From Spirochaetia bacterium (GTDB lineage Bacteria; Spirochaetota; Spirochaetia; SZUA-6; Bin103): a stretch of 64,000 nt of DNA. Below the pieces are notes generated by a model. It worked only from the letters and a program-made list of their open reading frames with translations. It had not been told where the DNA came from and made no database searches. A program made the translations under genes and the position numbers. Numbering within the stretch: the first letter of the stretch is position 1; the number at the start of each line of letters is the position of its first letter. The stretch lies in assembly GCA_965198005.1 (NCBI GenBank), contig CBDAOI010000003.1, positions 1,156,109 through 1,220,108 on the forward strand, read 5' to 3'. This document shows positions 10,643 to 20,563 of the stretch, one piece after another.

Positions 10643-11905
10643 TCAGGCGGCCCCGGTCGGCCGCAGCACCGCCGCCCGCAGCGCCCGCCGCCGCGCTTCC
10701 CGTACCAGCGCCAATGGTTTGCAGTGCACCAGAAGCGGCGCGATCAGCGGGGCTGATCCGGCCAGCACGGCCGCGCCCTCCGGATCCAGCAGAGCTGCTG
10801 CCGAGGACAGCAGGGTGCGCCGGCTGTGGCCGCCGAGGTCGTCGTCGGGACGCAGCAGCGCGAGCTGGTGGCGGTCGGGCGCGGCTCCGTTGCCCCCCAG
10901 ACCGACCTGGTGCCGGACGGTGAGCGCGTGCGCGGGAATCCCGACCCGGCGGAGATTGGCCGCGGTGGCGAGCAGTTGCAGGGCGTCGCGCCCCACCAGG
11001 GTCAAGCGGGGGCCGGCGCCGGCCGGCGCGCCGGACGTACACGCCAGCCACACCGGCAGGTGGCCCTGGCCCGGATTCCAGACCAGCATCGACCGCACGA
11101 CGGGGAGCGCGGCGCTGGCGCGCTGGATCACGGCCGCCGTGACCCGCGCCAAGTGGCTGGGGGTATCGAAGTCGCTCAGGCCATATACCGTCACCAGGGG
11201 GTACGTCCGGCCGGCCAGCGTGAACTCCCCCTGGTGGCGGCGATAGGCGGCGAGCGGCGCTCGAGGCGTTCCGGCGGGCTGGCCGGTCGCGCGCGGCCGG
11301 GCCTGCAGCACCGCGTGGCCGCGGCTCCGGGTTTCATGCGTCAGGTCCGCCACCGCGGCCAGTTGGCGCCGCGTCTGGGCGGCCAGCGGCGAGACCACCA
11401 CGACCGCGATCCGGCCACCGGCGGCGGTCACCGCCGCAGCCCGCGCCAGGAGGTGCGCCAGCACCGGGGTGCCGGCCTTCGCCGGCAGGTTGGCGACCAC
11501 CAGATCGTAGCCGCCGGAATCACGCGTGCCGTCGAGATTGGCGACGTCCACCCCCCCGGCGGTGGTGCAGGAGACACCGTTGAGCGTGGCGTTGTGAGCG
11601 GTAACGGCCAACGCCAACGCATCCCGGTCACGGGCGGTCAGCGCCGCGCCGTAGCGGCGCGCCAGCGCCACTCCCAGTACGCCCGTCCCGCAGCCCAGAT
11701 CCAGAATCGAGCGCAGGCGGCGCTGTTCCTCCGGCTGCCCGGCAAGTTGCTGCGCCAAGCTCTTGAGCAGCAGCCGCGAGCCGGTGTCCACCTCGTGGCT
11801 GCTGAACAGCGATTGCGACAGCCCGAATTGCAGGGTACGGCCGTCGAACTGAAACGCTACGGTCTTGTGGATGAGGGCAGCGACGTCATGAGGCGCGCTC
11901 GACAT
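10643..11905 (-). CDS. Class I SAM-dependent methyltransferase (RsmC/MTS-like)
   Basis: LFSSHEVDTGSRLLL, LDLGCGTG and VANLP motifs; degenerate second domain. Confidence 0.8.
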   Translation of the reverse strand: MSSAPHDVAALIHKTVAFQFDGRTLQFGLSQSLFSSHEVDTGSRLLLKSLAQQLAGQPEEQRRLRSILDLGCGTGVLGVALARRYGAALTARDRDALALAVTAHNATLNGVSCTTAGGVDVANLDGTRDSGGYDLVVANLPAKAGTPVLAHLLARAAAVTAAGGRIAVVVVSPLAAQTRRQLAAVADLTHETRSRGHAVLQARPRATGQPAGTPRAPLAAYRRHQGEFTLAGRTYPLVTVYGLSDFDTPSHLARVTAAVIQRASAALPVVRSMLVWNPGQGHLPVWLACTSGAPAGAGPRLTLVGRDALQLLATAANLRRVGIPAHALTVRHQVGLGGNGAAPDRHQLALLRPDDDLGGHSRRTLLSSAAALLDPEGAAVLAGSAPLIAPLLVHCKPLALVREARRRALRAAVLRPTGAA

Positions 11906-12446
11906 ACTCGCCGGTTTCGGTGTTGACCACGATGCGGTCGCCGTCCTTGATGAACAGCGGCACCTTTACCTTGAGACCGGTCGCCGTGGTGGCGAGCTTG
12001 GTGGCGCCGGTTACGGAGTCGCCGCGTTCGGCGTGGGGCGCGTCGGTCAGCTCCAGCACCATCTTGATCGGAAGCCTGATGTCGAGCGGTTTCTCGTCCC
12101 ACACCATCACCTGGTAGGTCTCGCCGTCCAACAGATAGCACCGCCGTTCGGCCAGCCCGGCCGCCGGCACCGTGAACTGTTCATAGGACTCGGTGTCCAT
12201 GAATACGAAGTTCTCGCCATCGTCATACAGGTACTGCGCGGCAACGGTGTCGATCTCGACCTCTTCCACCAGTTCCTGGCTCTTGTTCACCTGCCGCACC
12301 ACGAGGCCGGTCACCACGTGCTTGAGCTTGAGCCGCACGAATGCCGAACCCTTGCCGGGATTCACGAATTCCCGCTCCGTCACCAGATGCGGCGCGCCTT
12401 TCACCAGCAGGTGCATCCCCTTGTCCACTGCGCCAGCCTTGATCAT
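11886..12446 (-). CDS. efp: Elongation factor P
   Basis: VNPGKGSAF loop, RGDSVTGATK, VPLFI, GEYVER. Confidence 0.96.
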   Translation of the reverse strand: MIKAGAVDKGMHLLVKGAPHLVTEREFVNPGKGSAFVRLKLKHVVTGLVVRQVNKSQELVEEVEIDTVAAQYLYDDGENFVFMDTESYEQFTVPAAGLAERRCYLLDGETYQVMVWDEKPLDIRLPIKMVLELTDAPHAERGDSVTGATKLATTATGLKVKVPLFIKDGDRIVVNTETGEYVERAS

Positions 12447-12487
12447 CGCCGCGCTTACCATAGCAAAAAGCGAGCAAAAAGCGGAGG

Positions 12488-13465
12488 TCAGAATAAATCG
12501 GCGCAGGCCATCAGCGGCACGATGGACGGCAGCCCCAGCAGCGCCGCGTACAGGCGGTCTACGCCGACTGCCACGCCGGCGCACGCGTTTACCCGACCGA
12601 ACCGGTCAGCCAGATCCGGGTCGGTGCGGGGCATGACCGCGGCCGCCGCCTGGCGCCGCGCCTCGGCCGCGAACAGCGTCCGCAGCGTCGCCGCGCAGGT
12701 CTCCTCCTGGAAACAGTTCGCCACCTCCACTCCGCCGAGATACAGCTCCCAGCGCCGGGCGTGAACTCCGTCCGCGGCGGTGGCGGCCAGGGTCGGGATG
12801 CGGGCCGGGTAGTGCAGGATCGCGGTCGGCGAGTCCGCCCCGATGGACGGCTCGACGCGCGCCAGGAAGATGCGATGAAACAGCTCCTCCCAGGTGTCCT
12901 CCACCGCGGCGGGGATCTGCAGCCGCCGCGCCACGGTCCGCAGTTGCGCGGCCGAGGCCCCCGCAGGGTCGAGACCGACCGCGTCGCGCCAGAGCGCCCC
13001 CATCTCCCGCCGCCGCACCGGCGGACGGGTAGCGGCGGCCGGCGGCCTCCATTGCGCCAGCTCCGTGCGCAGCGCCGCCAGCAGCTCTGCCGTGCGCCCG
13101 AGTGCGTCGAGGTAACTCTCGTCCGTGGCGTACCACTCGAGCATGGTGAACTCGTGGCGGTGAAGCGGCCCCACCTCCTCGACGTTGCGAAAGCAGCGTG
13201 CGAGCTGGTATACGCGCCCCATCCCCGCCGCCACCAGCCGCTTCATCCACAGTTCGGGCGACGGCGTCAGGTACAGGGGGCGGCAACGGCCGCTTTGCCA
13301 CCGCTGGTCGGTGGCGAATACCCCGATCGAGGGCTCCGGGATCAGCCACGGGGCCAGCAGCGGCGTTTCCACCTCCACGAACCCGGCGGCGTCGAAGAAG
13401 CTGCGCAGGCGCCGGTTGAGCCGCGCGCGCAGGCGCAACAACTCGCCCGCCGCCGCCGGCGTCAC
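12488..13465 (-). CDS. epmA: EF-P beta-lysine ligase EpmA
   Basis: LysRS-like catalytic core only (EVETP, SPELWMKRL, FRNxE, EFTMLEWY, GVAVGVDRL); adjacent to efp. Confidence 0.9.
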   Translation of the reverse strand: MTPAAAGELLRLRARLNRRLRSFFDAAGFVEVETPLLAPWLIPEPSIGVFATDQRWQSGRCRPLYLTPSPELWMKRLVAAGMGRVYQLARCFRNVEEVGPLHRHEFTMLEWYATDESYLDALGRTAELLAALRTELAQWRPPAAATRPPVRRREMGALWRDAVGLDPAGASAAQLRTVARRLQIPAAVEDTWEELFHRIFLARVEPSIGADSPTAILHYPARIPTLAATAADGVHARRWELYLGGVEVANCFQEETCAATLRTLFAAEARRQAAAAVMPRTDPDLADRFGRVNACAGVAVGVDRLYAALLGLPSIVPLMACADLF

Positions 13466-13487
13466 GGACCCTGACTCCTAGGCGCCC

Positions 13488-14318
13488 CTAATGCATGAAA
13501 GCGCCGCCGGCCACGGGCACCGCCAGCCCGGTGAGATAGGCGCCTTCGGAGGCGACCAGATGGGCGGTGGTCCGCGCCACGTCTTCCGGCTCGACCACCC
13601 GTCCCAGGGGCGTTTGCCGGGCGACCCCCTCCAGCATGCGCGCCAAGTGGTCGTCCACCGACACCTCCGGCGGATGCACGGCGGCGGCGATGTCCCGGAC
13701 CCGCTCCGTGTTGGTCAATCCCGGGCACACCGCGTTCACGGTGATGCCGTGCTCCCCCAGCTCGTGCGCCAGCGCCTGCGTGAAGCCGATCAGTCCCCAC
13801 TTGGAGGCGCCGTAGGCGGCGAACCGGGCCGGCGTGCGCAACCCGGCGACCGAGGAGATGTTGACGATGCTGCCACCCGCGCCGCGCTCGATCATCGCCC
13901 GCGCCACGGCCCGGCTCACCAGGAAGGTGCCGGTCAGGTTGATCTTGAGAATGTGGTCGAACGCCGCCTGTTCGAGGTCCACTACGGGGGTCCGGTCGTT
14001 CCCCGGCAGGGCCGCCGCATTGTTGATCAGGATGTCGATTCCGCCGAACTGCTCGAGGGTGCGGTCGACCATGTCCTGCACCTGGTCCGGGTCCGAGATG
14101 TCGGCGACCACCGCCAGCGCTCTGCGGCCCAGCGCCTCGATCTCCCTGACCACCGCGGGCAGGCCGTCGTAGCCCGTCGTTCCCGCGCGCTGCAGGCCGA
14201 CGTCGTTGACCGCCACGTCGGCGCCGTCCTGTGCCAGCCGCAGCGCGGTCGCGCGCCCGATACCCCGTTCCCCACTTGCGCCCGTAACCAGCGCAACTTT
14301 TCCACTGAAGTCGTACAT
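13488..14318 (-). CDS. SDR family oxidoreductase
   Basis: TGASGERGIG, NNA, YGASK motifs. Confidence 0.92.
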   Translation of the reverse strand: MYDFSGKVALVTGASGERGIGRATALRLAQDGADVAVNDVGLQRAGTTGYDGLPAVVREIEALGRRALAVVADISDPDQVQDMVDRTLEQFGGIDILINNAAALPGNDRTPVVDLEQAAFDHILKINLTGTFLVSRAVARAMIERGAGGSIVNISSVAGLRTPARFAAYGASKWGLIGFTQALAHELGEHGITVNAVCPGLTNTERVRDIAAAVHPPEVSVDDHLARMLEGVARQTPLGRVVEPEDVARTTAHLVASEGAYLTGLAVPVAGGAFMH

Positions 14319-14399
14319 GTGGGCCAACGATAACCCGGATCTGCCGAAACTTGAAAGGGGCGCCGTCTGCGGGGCCTGCGGGCGTTGCGGGGGCGCGCC

Positions 14400-14408
14400 T
14401 GCTATACT
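14400..14408 (+). promoter_or_regulatory. Putative extended -10 promoter (TGcTATACT) for the YbhB-family gene
   Basis: Match to TGnTATAAT-like consensus in a divergent intergenic region. Confidence 0.45.
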
Positions 14409-14415
14409 CTGCACC

Positions 14416-14450
14416 GAACGCAATCGGAACGCACAATCGGAACGCAATCG
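14416..14450 (+). repeat. Triple imperfect direct repeat GAACGC(AC)AATCG
   Basis: gaacgcaatcg / gaacgcacaatcg / gaacgcaatcg in tandem. Confidence 0.8.
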
Positions 14451-14479
14451 CACCAGGCGGCGCAGGAGGGTAATTCGAC

Positions 14480-14959
14480 ATGGGATTCGCACTATCGGAC
14501 ATGCAGCTTACGAGTTCGGCGTTCGCGACCGGGGGCGCCATCCCGGCCCGGCACACCGGTGAGGGCGAGGACGTCTCGCCGGCCCTGGCCTGGAGCGGCG
14601 CGCCGGCGGCCGCGCGCTCGTTCGCCGTCATCTGTCACGACCCGGACGCGCCGCTGGTGACGCCGGGCCGGTACGGATTCGTGCATTGGGTGCTGTACGA
14701 CATTCCCGGCACGGTGCGCGAGCTGGCGGAGGGCACCGGCGAGCACACCGCGGGCACCAACGACTTCGGCGCGGCGGGCTACGGCGGCCCGATGCCGCCG
14801 CCCGGACATGGCACCCATCACTATTTCTTCTGGGTGCTGGCGCTCGATCGGGAGTTGGATCCGGCACCGGGTTTCAGTCTGTGGGAGCTGCTGGAGCGGG
14901 TGGAGCCGCACGTGATCGCCATGAACCGTCTGGTCGGCCGCTACCGTCGCGCGGCCTGA
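14480..14959 (+). CDS. YbhB/YbcL (PEBP) family protein
   Basis: DVSP, DPDAP, HWVLYDIP, YGGPMPP.GHG.HHY. Confidence 0.92.
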   Translation: MGFALSDMQLTSSAFATGGAIPARHTGEGEDVSPALAWSGAPAAARSFAVICHDPDAPLVTPGRYGFVHWVLYDIPGTVRELAEGTGEHTAGTNDFGAAGYGGPMPPPGHGTHHYFFWVLALDRELDPAPGFSLWELLERVEPHVIAMNRLVGRYRRAA

Positions 14960-15067
14960 CTGATCCGGGCGCAGAGCCGGCCGTGGGGGGTAGGCACACC
15001 GCCGGCGGGTATACTATGATGCGCGGCACATGCTTACACGCAACGGAAAACAGGAGTCCAATACCCT

Positions 15068-16747
15068 ATGCCGACCATGACGGGCGCCCGCATGATGGCG
15101 GAACTGGCCCACGGGCACGGGATTACCCACGTGTTCTTCGTTCCCTACTTCGCACCGCGCGGCTTGATGGAGATGGAGTCGCTCGGGATCAAGCGGATTC
15201 AGACCCACGGCGAGAAGGCCGCCGCCTACATGGCGGACGGGTATGCACGGGTCGCGCAGCATCCCGGTCTGTGCATGGCCCAGGCGGTGGGTGCGGCGAA
15301 CCTGGCCGCGGGGCTGCAGGATGCCTACCTGGCCTGCTCGCCGGTGGTGGCGTTGACCGGACGGGAAGCGCAGCGCCACCAGCAACGGCACGCGTATCAG
15401 GAAGTGGACCACGTAAAGCCGTTCTCGGCGGTCACCAAGAACACCGCCTACGTCAACACTCCGGAGCTCCTGCCCACCTACCTGCGGCAGGCGTTCCGCA
15501 TGGCGGTTTCGGGCACGCCGGGCCCCACCCACCTCGAATTCGAAGGTATCGACGGGGGGTCGGTGGCGAACCGGGAAGCCGACGTCGAGTTGGGCATCGA
15601 GCCGACCTTCGCGCAGGTGCCGCCGTTCCGGCCCGAGGCGGATGAGGAATCGATCGCGCGCGCGCTCGCGCGTCTCGCCCAGGCCGAACGGCCGGTCATT
15701 GTTGCCGGCGGCGGCGTTACCGCCTCCGGGGCGCGCGCCGAGCTGGTGGCGCTGGCGGAGAAACTCTCCATTCCCGTGGCCACGTCGCTCAACGCCAAGG
15801 CGATGTTCCCGTCCGACCATCCGCTGGCGGTCGGGGTTCCCGGCGCCTACTCGCGCGCCTGCTCGAGTAGGATCGTGCACGAGGCCGATCTGGTGTTCTT
15901 CATCGGCAGCCACGCCGGGGGGCAGGTCACCTTGTACTACAACATCCCCGCGCAGGGCACTCCGGTCATCCAACTGGATATCAATCCGCACGAGGTGGGC
16001 CGCAACTACGCGATCGAGGTGGGGCTGCAAGGCGACGTCCGAAGTTCGTTGCGGCGCATGCTGGCCCATCCGGCCGCGGCCGGATGGGCGTCGCGCGCCG
16101 GTTGGATCGGCCGCGTGCAGCAGCTCGTCGCCGACTGGAAGGAAAGCGTGCGGCCGGAGGCGGAATCGGACATCGTGCCGATGCGGCCGGAACGTTTGTG
16201 TTGGGAGTTGACGAACTGCCTGCCTTCTGATTCGATACTGGTGTCCGACACGGGTCATTCCGGGGTGTGGACCGGGACGATGATCGATCTCAAGCACCCC
16301 GACCAGTCGTACGTCCGGTGCGCCGGATCGCTGGGATGGGGCGTGCCGGGTGCCATGGGCGCCAAGTGCGCGGCTCCGGATCGGCCGGTGGTGCTGTTTA
16401 CCGGCGACGGCGGAATCTGGTATCATTTGGCGGAGTTCGACACGGCGGTGAAGAACGGGATAAATACGGTTACCGTGGTCAACAACAACCATTCGCTGAA
16501 CCAGGAGAGGGGGGGCGTGGAGAGCATCTACGGCGGTCAGACTCCGGGCTCGGACGAGTTGTGGCTGTTCCCTGACGCGGATTTTGTTAAGATAGCCGAG
16601 TCGATGGGTTGTTTCGGGATCACCGTGCACGAGCCGAGTGAGTTTTCCGGCGCCCTCGACCAGGCGCTCACTGCCGGCAGGCCGGCAGTGGTAGACGTAA
16701 AGACCCACCTCGACGGCATTGCGCCGCGAGCGTGGACGCCTGCGTGA
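15068..16747 (+). CDS. Thiamine pyrophosphate-binding enzyme (acetolactate synthase-like)
   Basis: E.AAAYMADGYAR and TPP motif GDGG...NN. Confidence 0.9.
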   Translation: MPTMTGARMMAELAHGHGITHVFFVPYFAPRGLMEMESLGIKRIQTHGEKAAAYMADGYARVAQHPGLCMAQAVGAANLAAGLQDAYLACSPVVALTGREAQRHQQRHAYQEVDHVKPFSAVTKNTAYVNTPELLPTYLRQAFRMAVSGTPGPTHLEFEGIDGGSVANREADVELGIEPTFAQVPPFRPEADEESIARALARLAQAERPVIVAGGGVTASGARAELVALAEKLSIPVATSLNAKAMFPSDHPLAVGVPGAYSRACSSRIVHEADLVFFIGSHAGGQVTLYYNIPAQGTPVIQLDINPHEVGRNYAIEVGLQGDVRSSLRRMLAHPAAAGWASRAGWIGRVQQLVADWKESVRPEAESDIVPMRPERLCWELTNCLPSDSILVSDTGHSGVWTGTMIDLKHPDQSYVRCAGSLGWGVPGAMGAKCAAPDRPVVLFTGDGGIWYHLAEFDTAVKNGINTVTVVNNNHSLNQERGGVESIYGGQTPGSDELWLFPDADFVKIAESMGCFGITVHEPSEFSGALDQALTAGRPAVVDVKTHLDGIAPRAWTPA

Positions 16748-16792
16748 CCCCGCGGCAAGGCGCGCGAGGCAGCACGCGACAGGAGGCCGATA

Positions 16793-17815
16793 GTGAGTAC
16801 GAATGAAGGCGAGATCGTCCTTGACGTAAAGGGGCTCAAGACCCACTTCTTCACCGACGAGGGTGTGGTCAAGGCGGTGGACGGACTGTCGTACAACGTC
16901 AAGAAGGGCGAGTTCGTCGGATTGGTGGGCGAGAGCGGCTGCGGCAAGAGCGTCAGCGCCATGTCGATCCTGCGGCTCATCCCCTATCCGCCTGGGATCA
17001 TCGTCGACGGCGAGATCAAATTCAAAGGCGAGGATCTGCTCCAAGCCACGGAAGCGCGGATGCGCGAAATCCGCGGCAACCGGATCGCGATGGTGTTCCA
17101 GGAGCCCACTACCTCGCTCAACCCGGTGCTGACCGTGGGCCGGCAGATTTCCGAGTCGCTGGAGTTGCACCGCGAAATGGCCAAGAAGGCGGCGCTGGCG
17201 GAAAGCGTCAAGCTGCTGGAGTTGGTCGGCATCCCCGACCCGGACCGGCGGATCAAGGACTACCCGTATCAGTTCAGCGGCGGCATGCAGCAGCGGATCA
17301 TGATCGCGATCGCGCTGAGCTGCGACCCCGAGGTGCTGATCGCGGACGAGCCGACCACGTCGCTCGACGTAACCGTGCAGGCACAGCTCCTGGAGATCAT
17401 CGCCAACCTGCAGCAACAGCTCGAAATGGCGGTCGTCATCATCACCCACAACCTGGGTCTGGTGGCGCGCTACGTGGACCGGGTAAACGTGATGTACGCC
17501 GGCAAGCTGGTGGAGGCGGGAACCACCGAGATGATCTTCGGCGAGCCGAAACATCCCTACACGATCGGTCTGCTGGCGTCGGTCCCGCGCCTGGACAGCC
17601 CGCGCCGGGTGGTGCCGCGGGTCATCGAAGGGCTGCCGCCGAACTTGGCGCATCTGCCCAAGGGATGCTCGTTCGCCCCACGTTGCAACTACGCGATGGA
17701 TCAGTGCCGGGAAGAGGAACCGCAACTGGAAACCGTGGTGACCGGCCACTACCGTTCCTGTTTCTACGACGCGAACGAGCTCAAACGCCCGCAACTGATA
17801 GCGGAGGAGGCGTAA
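16793..17815 (+). CDS. oppD: Oligopeptide/dipeptide ABC ATPase
   Basis: GESGCGKS, FSGGMQQR, HPYT, GCSFAPRC. Confidence 0.9.
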   Translation: MSTNEGEIVLDVKGLKTHFFTDEGVVKAVDGLSYNVKKGEFVGLVGESGCGKSVSAMSILRLIPYPPGIIVDGEIKFKGEDLLQATEARMREIRGNRIAMVFQEPTTSLNPVLTVGRQISESLELHREMAKKAALAESVKLLELVGIPDPDRRIKDYPYQFSGGMQQRIMIAIALSCDPEVLIADEPTTSLDVTVQAQLLEIIANLQQQLEMAVVIITHNLGLVARYVDRVNVMYAGKLVEAGTTEMIFGEPKHPYTIGLLASVPRLDSPRRVVPRVIEGLPPNLAHLPKGCSFAPRCNYAMDQCREEEPQLETVVTGHYRSCFYDANELKRPQLIAEEA

Positions 17816-17816
17816 G

Positions 17817-18809
17817 ATGGAAAACGGCCACTTGGTCGATGTTGAAGGACTGGTCAAGTACTACCCGGTAACCGCCGGGGTACTGCGCAAGAAGGTCGGC
17901 GACGTCAAGGCCGTCGACGGCGTCAGTTTCCACATCCGGCGCGGCGAGACGCTGGGACTGGTCGGTGAGAGCGGCTGTGGCAAGACCACCACCGGGCGCT
18001 GCATCCTGCAGCTCCAGGACGTAACCGCCGGCAAGGTGATGTTCGACGGCAAGGATCTGGTGCAGACCAAGGGCGAAGAGCTGCGCCGCATGCGGCGGCA
18101 TATGCAGCTCATCTTCCAGGATCCGTTCGCCTCGCTGGACCCGCGCATGACCGCGGGCAACATCGTGGGCGAGCCGCTGCTGGTGCACAAGATCGCCCGC
18201 GGCAAGGAATATCGCCGCATGATCAGCGACCTGCTGCGGATGGTGGAACTGGAGCCGACGGTGGGCAATCGCTACCCGCACGAGTTCAGCGGCGGCCAGC
18301 GCCAGCGGCTCGGCATCGCGCGCGCACTGGCGGTGCGGCCGGCGTTCATCGTCTGTGACGAGCCGGTGTCCGCCCTCGACGTGTCGATTCAGGCGCAGAT
18401 CATCACCCTGCTGATGCGGTTGCGCGAGGAGCTGAACCTGACCTACCTGTTCATCGCCCACGATCTCGCGGTGGTGCGGAACATCAGCGACCGGGTGGCG
18501 GTGATGTATCTGGGCAAGGTCATGGAGGTGACGACCAGCGATCAGCTCTACGACAACCCGCTGCATCCCTACACGATCTCACTGCTGTCGGCGGTGCCGA
18601 TTCCGGACCCCGTGATCGACCGCACGCGCGAACGCATCATCCTGAAGGGTGACGTGCCGAGCCCGATGAATCCGCCGAGCGGCTGCCCGTTCCACACCCG
18701 TTGCCCACAGGCGGAGGCGATCTGCAAGGTGGAAACGCCGCAGCTCAAGCTGGTCGGCAACAATCACTGGGCGGCATGTCACTTGGTGGAGGCCGCAGAG
18801 TCTGCCTAG
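17817..18809 (+). CDS. oppF: Oligopeptide/dipeptide ABC ATPase
   Basis: GESGCGKT, FSGGQRQR, DEPVSALD, GCPFHTRCP. Confidence 0.9.
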   Translation: MENGHLVDVEGLVKYYPVTAGVLRKKVGDVKAVDGVSFHIRRGETLGLVGESGCGKTTTGRCILQLQDVTAGKVMFDGKDLVQTKGEELRRMRRHMQLIFQDPFASLDPRMTAGNIVGEPLLVHKIARGKEYRRMISDLLRMVELEPTVGNRYPHEFSGGQRQRLGIARALAVRPAFIVCDEPVSALDVSIQAQIITLLMRLREELNLTYLFIAHDLAVVRNISDRVAVMYLGKVMEVTTSDQLYDNPLHPYTISLLSAVPIPDPVIDRTRERIILKGDVPSPMNPPSGCPFHTRCPQAEAICKVETPQLKLVGNNHWAACHLVEAAESA

Positions 18810-18847
18810 CAGGTATCGAATCAGCCAGGGACAATAGCGAAAGTACA

Positions 18848-20023
18848 GTGAGCGACTCGGACAACAAAGGTAAGGCGCCCGCGGCGGGCGCCGGGCAGAA
18901 GCCCAGGAAGCAGGGTACGGCGGTGCGCCGGGCGGGAGCCGGCAGCAGCGCGGGGGGCGGCAAGCGGCCCGCCGGCGGCCGGAGACCGGCCGGACGCAAG
19001 GGAGCGCGGCAACCGCCCCCATCGACCACCGCCACCGTCGTGCGTGCGCTCAGCGTCGTGCTGACCGTGCTGGTGGTGGTAGGCGGCGTGGCCGGGATCG
19101 CGATCTACCAGAACAACGTGGCGCCGTTTCAGACGGCGGTGCTCAAGGTGGACGACGCCGAGCTCAAGATGGGCTATTTCCTCAAGCGGGTGCGGCTGTC
19201 GGGGCAGGAGCCGCTGACCGTGCTGCAGGAGCTCACGCGCGAGATGATCATCGACTTGGTAGCGCCCAACCCGCCGTACGACATCGTCCTCACGGACGAG
19301 GACGTGGACCAGTTCGCGCGCGAGCTGGCGAGCGCCGGCGGGGCGCCGATCAACGATCTCGAGTTCAGGGAGTGGTACCGCCAGCAGGTCAACGACAGCG
19401 GCCTCGACGACGACGAGTTCAGGGACCTGCTGCGGCGCAATCTTCTGAGCTTGCGGATGGGGGAGTACCTGGGCGACCGGATGCCCACGGTGGTCGAGCA
19501 GGTCCATCTTCACATGATCGCGTTCGGCTCCTACGAGGACGCCCTCGAGATCAAGGAGCGGCTCGACGCCGGTGAGGACTTCCACGAGCTGGCGCGCGAG
19601 CACAACCAAGTCCCGGACCTCAAGCAGTCCGGCGGCGATCTCGGCTGGCTGCCGCGCGCCGCGCTGCTGCCCAACATCGCCGGCGTCGCGTTCGACCAGT
19701 TGGCGGTGGGCGAGGCGAGCCAGCCGCTGGCTCTGAGCCAGGCTTCGAGCCAGAATCAGGCGTTCGCGGTGATCCTGGTGTCGGAGCGGGCGGATGCGCG
19801 CCAAGTCGAGGGTGACGCGCTGGCGGCGGTACGGGCGAGCGCGCTGCCGCAGTGGTTCAGCCAGGAGTACCAGTACCACACGGTGGAGTTCCACGGCTTC
19901 AACAACGGCTACGACTCCGAGACCGACGCATGGGTGCGCTGGCAGCTTGCACGCATGTCCCGCCACGACCAGCCGCGCGAACCCCAGGGCCAAGGCCAAG
20001 GCGCTCAGGCCGCCGGTCCGTAG
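18848..20023 (+). CDS. Membrane-anchored parvulin (PpiC-type) peptidyl-prolyl isomerase
   Basis: Single TM segment, then HLHMI...GEDFHELAREH...GGDLGW; GTG start inferred. Confidence 0.8.
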   Translation: MSDSDNKGKAPAAGAGQKPRKQGTAVRRAGAGSSAGGGKRPAGGRRPAGRKGARQPPPSTTATVVRALSVVLTVLVVVGGVAGIAIYQNNVAPFQTAVLKVDDAELKMGYFLKRVRLSGQEPLTVLQELTREMIIDLVAPNPPYDIVLTDEDVDQFARELASAGGAPINDLEFREWYRQQVNDSGLDDDEFRDLLRRNLLSLRMGEYLGDRMPTVVEQVHLHMIAFGSYEDALEIKERLDAGEDFHELAREHNQVPDLKQSGGDLGWLPRAALLPNIAGVAFDQLAVGEASQPLALSQASSQNQAFAVILVSERADARQVEGDALAAVRASALPQWFSQEYQYHTVEFHGFNNGYDSETDAWVRWQLARMSRHDQPREPQGQGQGAQAAGP

Positions 20024-20042
20024 CTCCATAGCCGAGGCGCTA

Positions 20043-20558
20043 TCAGATCTGGCTGCCTTCCTCTTCTTCTTCCTCGAGGCCGTCGTCGAAGGGGATGTTG
20101 CAGAAGTCGGCGAGGCGGGTGCCCGAGGCTCTGATTTCCTTGATCGACGACCCCTTGACCATGTCCAGGCCGTGCACGGTGCCGTTGCCGTCGACCACCG
20201 ACAGGATCGCGGTTCTGCGCGAAATCGCCTTCATCATCTTGGGGCGGTCGCTGTAGCTGAGCCCCGCCTCGCGCAGCAAAACCTTGTCCAGGTTGTCGAG
20301 CGGCTGGCGCTTGCGGGTATAGAGCACCAGGATTCCGACGTTCTTTTCGAACACGTTCTTGTTCTTGTCGAACACCCAGCGCTCGAGGAACAGCGCGCCG
20401 AACAGGCACGCGCCGATGATGATGATGATGATCACGCTGGGCTGGCGCACCGCCGCCGCCAGAAACACCGCGATCACCGCGAACACGATGCGAAAGCTGA
20501 CCGAGGTCGAGTAGACCAGACGGTCCGCGCTCACTTCCTTCAGAACCGGATTGAACAC
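20043..20558 (-). CDS. Hypothetical two-TM membrane protein
   Basis: Coding-like codon usage, two hydrophobic segments, acidic tail; GGAGG upstream of GTG. Confidence 0.65.
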   Translation of the reverse strand: MFNPVLKEVSADRLVYSTSVSFRIVFAVIAVFLAAAVRQPSVIIIIIIGACLFGALFLERWVFDKNKNVFEKNVGILVLYTRKRQPLDNLDKVLLREAGLSYSDRPKMMKAISRRTAILSVVDGNGTVHGLDMVKGSSIKEIRASGTRLADFCNIPFDDGLEEEEEEGSQI

Positions 20559-20563
20559 GCCGG

